A DNA stretch of 64,000 nucleotides, taken from positions 9,238,001 through 9,302,000 of the forward strand of contig NC_043015.1 in the NCBI RefSeq assembly GCF_006345805.1. The letters are read 5' to 3'. Each line of letters starts with the position of its first letter. Position 1 is the stretch's first letter. The notes under the pieces are model-generated. The model was not told the DNA's origin. It made no database searches and was given only the letters and a program-made list of their open reading frames with translations. Made by a program: the position numbers and the translations under genes. Shown here one piece after another: positions 1 to 8,800 of this stretch. Source of the stretch: Octopus sinensis. Lineage: Eukaryota.

Positions 1-1108
1 ATGACTTCTGAAATGTTTTTTTGAAACGCACAAGCTCACTCTTAGATTACGTGCCTTTATTATCTTGTGGTACTACAAGTTTTGGAGACAGCTCTATAGA
101 AAAGTTGTAATATTATTTTCTTCGAAATTTCTATTAAAATAATCTATGCGCGTGTTAATTGCATTTATATATGTGGTGTAGCATTTTATTCTATTTTTAT
201 GAATTTTATTCTTTAGGATTTGGTTATTAACTCATTCGTTCCTTTGTATCGTATCTTATTTTTCATTTAAGAAATCACAATTATCAACATTATTATTCTT
301 GTAGTATTCTAGTTTTGGCCTTATAAACTTTCTGTAATTTTTTAGTCTTATTTATTCTTCATTGTTACTATTTGTGCTATATGTGTTTCGTTTCTCCATG
401 TTATCTTATATTATTTCGTTGTTATGTCTTTTATTCAAATCTATTACATGTTGAGTTCCTTCCTTAGTTATATTATTTTCCTGTTTAATTTACTAACGAG
501 ATATGCAGGTAATATACAACCAAACTTCACAGTTTTTCATCTCTAGCAGTACAAAGAAACAATTTATATACAAGAAAGTTTAATTGAAGAAAATATGTTT
601 ATCGAATGGTACAGAGAACAGCTAAATATAAATGCATAAACAACTTCGATCTCAGAATATATTTTAATTCAAGATCCCATACGAATCACTGTACACATTC
701 CATGTCACTACTTCAGCTTTTGTGTTTTTATGTATATATATTTTTATCCATTCCCCGAAAGATGACCAGTTGCCTCCCCCGTCTTTAAGAATAATGATCA
801 CGAATTACCCCACCTTAGATTTTTCTAATTCGTCAATCATTCATTCACAAACTTTTCTACATACAATACCCACTAAAATCGTTTGCATGAAAATACGAAA
901 CGACAATAATTTCAATATTTTCATAATTAACGAAAGAGAAACCGGGCGACAAACACGATATGAAGTATATTGTAAAATATATTAAAAGTATGTTAAGTGT
1001 GTGCATTCACCTTCTGTTATTCTATATTTATTTTGTATTATATTATATCTCACCACCGGGGGATAATCGAAATTCCTCCCTATTTGTCACTGTATATATA
1101 TATATATA

Positions 1109-1338
1109 TTTCTTTACTGCCCACAGGGAGGTAAACATAGAGGGGACAAACAAGAACAGACAAAGGAATTAAGTCGATTACAACGACCCCAGTTGCGAAA
1201 CTGGTACTTTATTTATCGACCCCGAAAGGATGAAAGGTAAAGTCGACCCGGCAGAATTTGAACTCAGAACGTAACGGCAGACGAAATACGGCTACGCATT
1301 TCGCCCGGCGTGCTAACGTGTCTGCCAGCTCGCCGCCT
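1109..1338 (-). mobile_element. tRNA-derived SINE, family B (central GTCGACTTTACCTTTCATCCTTTCGGGGTCGATAAATAAAGTACCAG domain)
   Basis: The minus strand reads AGGCGGCGAGCTGGCAGACACGTTAGC...GAGTTCAAATTC (B-box-like), then the central domain. Homologous copies lie at 23141-23374 and 43395-43534. The central domain resembles Meta/V-type SINE cores (unverified). Confidence 0.8.
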
Positions 1339-1934
1339 ATACATATATATATATATATATATAGCATGTGTGTGCGCGCGGGTGCACGTGTGCGTGAGCC
1401 TGCGTTTGCATTTGCATTTTCTCGTTCGTTTCCGTATGTCTCTTTCACTTGGTTATCAAATCTTTATGAATCTCACACCATACCGCAAACCACATTAATA
1501 AAATGGGGTACCTCTTCTATTTCTTCATCATTTATTCGTAATATTACACTAATTCACCGTCAAATTTATTCTCTTTCGTACGTGGTAAAATTGTGTTATC
1601 TTTGTCCGAGGAAGACATCTGACGGAAGATTTATTCATTTCATACTAGAAGCATAAAATTCCATTCACAGCTACTCATTTTTTTTACTAATTACGTGTGT
1701 TTGATAATACTGCATGATTGGAATATATCTCACATAGAACCATTCATTGTCGTTATGCAATTAGTACATATTTTATATAATTTTATGCATCATTTAAAAA
1801 TCTACATATTTTGATTGATGGGTTGTGCTCGTTACGTTGAAGTGAAGGAGGTGACTGTCTCAAGCCACGACTGGAATGTCAATGAATAATACAGAATGGA
1901 AAGAATAATATTGTTTCACTTACATTGGCCGGCA

Positions 1935-2095
1935 TTATGGTGTGGAAAGAAGTTTGCTTTACGACCATAAAATCTTGGTTTCAATCCCACTGCAATGAAA
2001 TTTACGCAAGCATTTTTCACTTTCTTTAAATAAGGGCCACCCAAAGCTGTGTAAATAGACCTGGTACACGCAAACTAAACAAAACCTCTCATGCA
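1935..2095 (+). mobile_element. Degenerate 5' half of SINE family A
   Basis: TGTGGAAAGAAGTTTGC...GGTTTCAATCCCACTGCA aligns by eye to the head of the family A copies (37131-37544, 11238-11396). Confidence 0.5.
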
Positions 2096-2107
2096 TATAT
2101 ATATTCT

Positions 2108-2476
2108 GTATTTGTTTCAGTGAAGTGGTGGCGATCATGCTGGATCACTTACTTGAATGAGTTTAGTCGAACAAATCGAACCCAGGACATATTTTTAACC
2201 TTAGTACGTAATCTATCGGTCTCTTTTCTCGATCCGCTATATAATTAGGACGTAAACACATGAACACCGGTTGTCAAGCAGCGATGGGTGGACAAACACA
2301 GATACACGTAAACACATAGTTACGTATATACGACAGGATTTTTCAGTTTCCGTCTACCAAATCCACTCACAAGGTTTTCGCATGTCGGAGGTCAGGCCAT
2401 AATTAGAGACGCACAATGTGCTACGCAGTGGGACTAAACCGAGAACCATGTTTGGAAGCGAATTGCTTACAACTTA
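2108..2476 (-). mobile_element. tRNA-derived SINE, family A (abundant octopus-type SINE)
   Basis: It shares TTTCAGTTTCCGTCTACCAAATCCACTCACAAGG, ACGCAGTGGGACT and CGGTTGTCAAGC blocks with at least six other copies in the window. Confidence 0.75.
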
Positions 2477-2522
2477 ACTACTCTGGTGCTAATATATATA
2501 TATATACACACACACATATACC

Positions 2523-2562
<40 letters not shown>

Positions 2563-2624
2563 TATATACATACATATATATATGTGTGTGTGTATGTGTG
2601 TGTGTGTGTGTGTGATGTGTGTAG

Positions 2625-4480
2625 GCGTGTGTGTTCACTCAAAGGAAACTGTTTGTACTGCGGGAATCGGATCAGTTCCTTATTTGGTATTGTTCTCCGA
2701 CTTAGTGTCATACTGGTCTGTTCTTTGGCTCGGTCCAGAATATTATAACATAAATTAGATTCTCAGAAACACATGTGAAGTTGGTTTTAATTGTGAACTT
2801 CTCTCCTTGTTTGAAAAGCCTTTTCAGTATGTTGGGTTATGTTCCACAGTTTGTGCGTCCACATTTTTAACTGTTGGCTTCGTGGCTCTCGTGTAAAGCT
2901 TCGCATTTGTTAGAAGTATTTTCAGCGATTTGTGTTGCTTTATGTATCTGATAAATTTATGCTTCCATAATGTTGTTCATTTTTTAATCTCTAATGAGCA
3001 TAGGTATATTTTGTAAAATTGTGTTGTATGTCTCATTGTTTCTTTCGTAGTTAGTTATATTTACAGTAATGCTTTGAGATGAGCTGTGCTGTTACATTTC
3101 GTTACCTCTAGATTTTTGATGCCTAATTTCTTATCACGATAAATTCAATCGTCCATAGGTGAGCGTGGATATTATGTTGAAGTTAGTTCTGTTCAGAATT
3201 TTTAAAGACGGAGGTCGCAAGTATTTCTATCAGACACTCTGGTGCAAATCTTTTTACTAAATTAAAAGGGTTACTTCTTTGATTTGTTTCGAGTGGAATA
3301 AGCTAGGCAAGAGTTATTGCTTCGCGTCCGTTGGTTTATGATAAATGTCTGTCATAATTTGGTTGTTGATAGTTTTAAAAATCATAACATCCAAGGAAGG
3401 AGCTATTCGTTTCTCTATTCCATTGAAAATTGAATGTTTGAGCTTATATGATTTATTATTGATTTACATTCCAGATGTTTATCAATGGTCACTATTCAAA
3501 TGATAACAAATTCATCCAGACATCTTTTCCATCGTTCCCATCATATTTTTGAAGATAGTGGTTGTCAGCAAATAGGAAATAATCGTAATTGTAACCAGTA
3601 ATCCATCCTCGTTGTTGTAGTCAGAGCTTCTGTGAGTCGTGGTTTTCTGTAAAATTCCGAAATATTGTGTTTAATTACATTCTGGTTCGATCTTCTTGGG
3701 GTTGGAGTAAATTTTAATCCTTTAGCTAGTATACTAATTACATTGGGTTTCTCGTGTATGTTTTTTTCCAACGTGTGTCCATGTTTCTCCCCACTCGGTC
3801 TAAAAAAATGTTTATTGTAATTTGCTTGGTAGACGTTATCAGTATTATTAATTATAGTAGGATTCCTGGGAGGCTGGTCTTGCTTCCTGAGTATATTGCT
3901 TGAAAGTAAGTGGTTCGTGTTTCTTCGTTGGAATGAATTCTTGCGGTTCCTAATTGTGTTTGAGATGTTTACAAGTTGTTTTTTGGAGTCTGGGTAAAAT
4001 AGCTTAGAATTCCGTAGGTTGCATTTCTTCAATGATTGACAGTAGTCCCTTAGATGTTTCTAGTTGCTGGGGAGAAATAGTTACGCCTAACCCTAGGTTG
4101 GTTGCTTCTAGTATTTCCTATTACTGAGTTGCCACTATTACTAGATTGAAAACGGTTTTCTTCCAAGTTAGAAGTTATCTTTGTGTGTTTGTATTAGATT
4201 TAGACGTTTATACTTTGATCTAGTTGGTCGCTTATTCTTTTCTGTAGATGTGGCGCAATTGTTTGAGAAAGGGGTTATCTGAAATGTAGATTCTTTTGAA
4301 CTGAGTTTCGTAACCAAGTAAGGAATTAACATTATTTTCCCACCGTTGAAAGGAATTTATTTTTTCCGACTTACAACTGTCATTCATTGGTTGTATAAGT
4401 TGTTCATCAGCATGTTTAATGAGTTTGATGTGTATTTGTTCATGGATCGTTTTATATTTTTATCGGTTATTTAATGCTCT
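2625..4480 (-). pseudogene. Decayed Penelope-like element (RT + GIY-YIG), Neptune-like
   Basis: Broken minus-strand frames give ILAKGLKFTPTP, TDIYHKPTDAKQ, KCGRTNCG, FTIKTNFTCVSENLIYVI and IRFPQYKQFPLSEH. These are colinear with the ORF at 6460-7755; there are many stops and frameshifts. Confidence 0.85.
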
Positions 4481-5835
4481 AAGTTTAAGTAAAAATATAT
4501 ATATGCCAGTGTTACTATGTTTATATGTGAATGTATATATTTCCTAAATTTTAAAATATTTCACTAAAAACTTATGGGCTAAAGTACACATTTTCTCCTT
4601 TAGCATTATTTAGAAATACATAAGCAGTTTTATTTTATTTTACTATTTTCAGACAAATCCATAGCAGGAAGTCCTATCAGTTACAGTAATTGTTTATTAA
4701 ATGTTAATTTTGTTCTTTAACAAATTGTAAATGACGTTCTAAATTATTGAGAATGATGCTAAGCAGAGTCTGCTTTCAACGGATTTGTTTGATAATTTAT
4801 CCATTTATATTTCCGTTGATCATTAATCATTTCTAAAACTTGCACATTGTCTTCTAAACAATGTGTAAGCGTACGCTGTTCCTCGAAATTTTAAATATTT
4901 CACCCGGTATTTAGTTAAATATCGAACGTTGGATTTCAAGTGATATCTTAATCATCTGAGAAGACTGCAATGAAATAAGAAATCGTAACTGAAAGACTGG
5001 ATAAAATAGGAACTGAGTGAGATCAGGATAGCATGATGTAAATACATGAGAAAGACACGGCTCTGTTTCCACGGTTTGGACGTCTTATTTCAGCTGCCAA
5101 CAGTTACTATCACGTCAGAAATCTTATATGAGGCCCAGAAGGCATTCGCCAAACACTACAATGATTGTTGTTACGTAAACAGAACCCATGCGTCGCATCA
5201 TGACGTTAGACGATTACCCTCTATATTTTCTCGTTTTCCTTTTGGGACAATTTTATCGTCTCACATTATGCGAAACCCTCTGGTTTCGTAACACAACTCC
5301 AGATGCACATGTAATGTTGCATGTACCTACTCACTGTGCATTACCCGCAAGATGTGGGTATTTCTGTACCAAATATATGCTGCTTTCTCATGTCATTTTT
5401 GCATACGTGTATCATTTTCAAAGAAAATGATCAGCAGCATGCTCAACATTATCGGAGGGATTTTTGATATTGGAAATGATAACTTCTTCCAGCTAAATGT
5501 AACCATAAAATATCAGATTTTAGAAACAAATCTTGGTTTTAACCGATGCTTTAGTGAAATTAGATTTATTAATGGGAAGCTCACTGTGATCGAACAAGGA
5601 ATCAAATATTACAAGCCCGAAAGATGGGAACACATTTACATCTCCAGAACCGTTTGTACTAAAGGGCAGCTGTACTATCGAAGTGCTCTTTCATTTAATA
5701 TCATTCTAAATTGGAAAATGCTTATGCGTTGGACGAACAACTTATTTTATGCTGCACCAGAGAATATAAACATAGCATAGTCATGACAGAAATATTTGGA
5801 CACTAATATAATACGGCTGATCTTCGTTAAATATT

Positions 5836-5950
5836 AAGCCTAGTACTTCTTCGATCGGTCTCTCTTGCCAAACCACTGAGTGATGGAAACGTAAACACAC
5901 CAGCATCGGTCGTTAAGTGATGTCGGGGGGATAGAAACAGACACACAAAC
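5836..5950 (-). mobile_element. 3' fragment of SINE family A
   Basis: AAGCCTAGTACTT...ATCGGTCTC...GTAAACACACCAGCATCGG matches the 3' half of family A. Confidence 0.7.
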
Positions 5951-6036
5951 ATATACATATACACACGCAAACACACACACACATGCACACACACACAAGC
6001 ACACACACACATACACACATATATATATATATATAT

Positions 6037-6283
6037 AACTTATAAACAAGGGCAAAAGCAAATTATTTCTATGCCAATATGTTGATAACATACTTTTAAA
6101 TCGTCAATTTCCGCTTATAATATACTCACTACAGAAATACCATGTGCTGAAATCGAGGTAAGCTAGCCAACAGATTTTTTAAAAAAAGTTCGTTGTCTCT
6201 ATATTGAATCAATTGACAATTTAAAAGTCTGTTATCACCATATTCGCATAGTAATAATTTTCTTTTTCCCTTGTTTATAAGTT
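6037..6283. mobile_element. Foldback/MITE-like element with ~73-bp terminal inverted repeats
   Basis: 6037-6109 is the reverse complement of 6211-6283, with 7 mismatches in 73 bp (AACTTATAAACAAGGG...GTCAATT). Confidence 0.75.
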
Positions 6284-6459
6284 GGTTATAATTTTAACCT
6301 TAAAGGTATTTTAATAAGCTGCCAATTTTCTTGATGAAATATTTTCTGTAAAAAATCTTCATCCTATTTCAGTAGTATGTATATATATATAACTCGCATA
6401 AACAAAGACCTTATAATAGAAGGACTTAGATTCATTTTAGAGAACAATTATTTTATTAT

Positions 6460-7755
6460 TTGACAATGATCGGGAACAGGCAAAGATCGGGAACAGCGAT
6501 GGGCACGCGTACTGCACCATCTTTTGCCAACCTAGTGATGGGATACCTCGAGAAAATACTATACCGGATGACACTCGAGAAATATGGAAACACCTTCGCC
6601 ACCTATATCCATAACAACTGGAAAAGATACCTCGATGACTGTTTCATCATCTGGGACAAAGGTATAGAGAAACTTGAGGAATTTAAAATACTATTAAATG
6701 GAATAAATGACAATATACAATTCACGATGGACCACAACGAAAAAGAATTACCATTTTTAGACATCCTCATTAAGAAAACCGGCAACAAAATAGAGACAGA
6801 TATCTACTATAAACCGACAGACTCTAAACAGTACCTACCCTTTGATTCATGCCACCCACGACGCACTAGAATGAATGTCCCTTTTTGTTTAGCTAGAAGG
6901 ATTTGCACCATAATATCAGACACAAACACCCGACACACACGTCTCCAGGAACTTAGAACCACACTCACAAATAGGAACTATCCACAGCCCCTAATAGACA
7001 GTGCAATCCAACGGGTACTTAAATTAAGTATAGAAGACCTGAGACAAACAAAACCAAAAAAGAAAGAACAATTAAAAACCCTTCCCTACATTTCTACACA
7101 CAACCCACTCAACAATGAGGCCTTCAACACCATACTACAAAGCACAGCCCTACTAAAGGGAGACCCAAAGATGAACCGGATCCTCGAAACACACACCATC
7201 ATTAAAAGTAAACGGCAACCAAAATCCTTGAAAAGGATTTTAACCCAAGCTAAACTGCACTCAACATCAACCACAAAACCAGCAGTTAGAAAATGTGGAA
7301 TGCCCAACTGCGGAATCTGTGCCATCTTGAAAGAAGGATCAGAATTTATACTGGAACAAGGCCACCAGTTCACCATTAGAACAAACTTCACCTGCGCATC
7401 AGAAAACTTAATTTACGTCATAACATGCGCAGGCTGCAATAGGCAGTATATAGGCCATACAAAAAATAGCTTACGTAACAGGATGGCGGTGCATAAATCA
7501 CAAATTAGAAACCCTGATTACCGCAAAATACCGGTCAGCGGACACATAGATAGATGTGCTGGAAATGTAAATCCGAAATTTACAACTAACCCGCTCTATA
7601 AATTCAGTAACAACGCAACCTTCACACAACGCCAAAATAAAGAACTATATTTCATAAAAAAATTTAGACCAAGTCCTCCGAAAAGGAGAAGCAAAATTCC
7701 ACCACGACCGCTACTTCAAACAGACACTCACTCTGACGGAAATATACCTAAGTAA
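6460..7755 (+). CDS. PLE reverse transcriptase (C-terminal part) + GIY-YIG endonuclease, Neptune-like; partial
   Basis: RT motifs GTAMGT-APSFANL-MG, WKRYLDDCFIIW, LPFLDI and TDIYYKPTD; Cys-rich linker KCGMPNCGIC; GIY-YIG NLIYVITCAGCNRQYIGHT. It is open for 431 codons but lacks the N-terminus, so it is probably not functional. Confidence 0.93.
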   Translation: MTMIGNRQRSGTAMGTRTAPSFANLVMGYLEKILYRMTLEKYGNTFATYIHNNWKRYLDDCFIIWDKGIEKLEEFKILLNGINDNIQFTMDHNEKELPFLDILIKKTGNKIETDIYYKPTDSKQYLPFDSCHPRRTRMNVPFCLARRICTIISDTNTRHTRLQELRTTLTNRNYPQPLIDSAIQRVLKLSIEDLRQTKPKKKEQLKTLPYISTHNPLNNEAFNTILQSTALLKGDPKMNRILETHTIIKSKRQPKSLKRILTQAKLHSTSTTKPAVRKCGMPNCGICAILKEGSEFILEQGHQFTIRTNFTCASENLIYVITCAGCNRQYIGHTKNSLRNRMAVHKSQIRNPDYRKIPVSGHIDRCAGNVNPKFTTNPLYKFSNNATFTQRQNKELYFIKKFRPSPPKRRSKIPPRPLLQTDTHSDGNIPK

Positions 7756-7830
7756 AAAAGGGAAAAAAACTCTTTCGTGCAAATCTGACCCTGATACATA
7801 CGATACAGCTAAGGGTCAGACCCGATTCTG

Positions 7831-8320
7831 ATTGGTCAACAAGTCGATGACGTCTAGCTCACCTAGAATGGACAGGATACAAACAGGGGACAGTCATTAG
7901 TCAGAATATTGATGACGTCCTTTTCTGCTTGAATAGTCAGCTAACAAGTACAGACAGGTGGCAGATCTAACGTAGCTATAAGTCGTGATTGGGCAGAATC
8001 TGCATGACGTCCCGTTCTGCTTGATTAACGAAGCGACTGGTCAGGACTGGAAACAAAGAAGAGGCAGTTATAATGCAGCGATTGGTCAAAATAATGATGA
8101 CGTCCCGTTCTACTTGACTAACGAAGCGACTGGTCAAAACAGGAAAACAAACAAGAGGCAGTTATAATGCAGCGATTGGTCAAAATAATGATGACGTCCC
8201 GTTCTACTTGACTAAAGCCACCTAACGAAACGATTGGTCAAAACGTTGATGACGTCACGCTACGCTGAATTGACCACCTAACAGGCATTATAAAACCGAA
8301 CACTTCACAAAAACTCATTA
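7831..8320 (+). promoter_or_regulatory. Multimerised CCAAT(reverse)+CRE promoter with TATA box and initiator
   Basis: Six ATTGG-N12-TGACGTC modules start at 7831, 7896 (ATTAG), 7988, 8081, 8175 and 8233. The last has a perfect TGACGTCA (8250-8257). TATAAAA is at 8289-8295 and TCATT has its A at 8317. Confidence 0.65.
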
Positions 8321-8630
8321 GAACCACCCAGCGAACATCCACCATGGGTCATCACATTTGCTTAAGGTAAAAATGAATTCCTCGCTCTTTCGGAAACATC
8401 AATCTTCTGTATTGACCGCTTTCCACCACTTTGATCTGTTTTTTGTATTGAATACGTATCGCCACCGTGGGCCACTGCATCGAACACTTTGAACATATAC
8501 TTCAAACTATATATCAACTATACATGAACTATATATCAACTATACATGAACTCTAAGATGTCTGACTCCGTTGTGTATTATAAATGAATTTCTTGTGTTT
8601 GACGGCAAGAGCTGTCTTTTTTTATATATA

Positions 8631-8678
8631 ACTTTTTTTGATAAAGTTCATTTCAGGAACTGAAACATGTTATAATGT
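8631..8678 (+). ncRNA. Minimal type I hammerhead-like ribozyme, U3-A8 core variant
   Basis: Core TTGATAA 8638-8644; stem II AGTTC/GAACT; GAAA 8662-8665; palindromic stem III ACATGT; predicted GUU cleavage after 8671; stem I has 5 of 7 pairs. Confidence 0.55.
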
Positions 8679-8800
8679 ATATATATATAAATTAAAAATT
8701 GTATAATACAGCAGCATTTTCGAACTTCATTTTTTACAAATATATATATATATATATATAATATATATATATATTATATATATATATATTATATATATAT

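Larger units (their letters stand above)
6402..8740 (+). mobile_element. 5'-truncated Penelope-like retroelement with 3' pseudo-LTR
   Basis: RT-EN ORF followed by a promoter-like tandem region, TATA/Inr, a mini-exon and an HHR motif. RT homology starts at about 6402 (KDLIIEGLRFILENNYF, frameshifted into the ORF). The element ends at a (TA)n tract. Confidence 0.85.
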
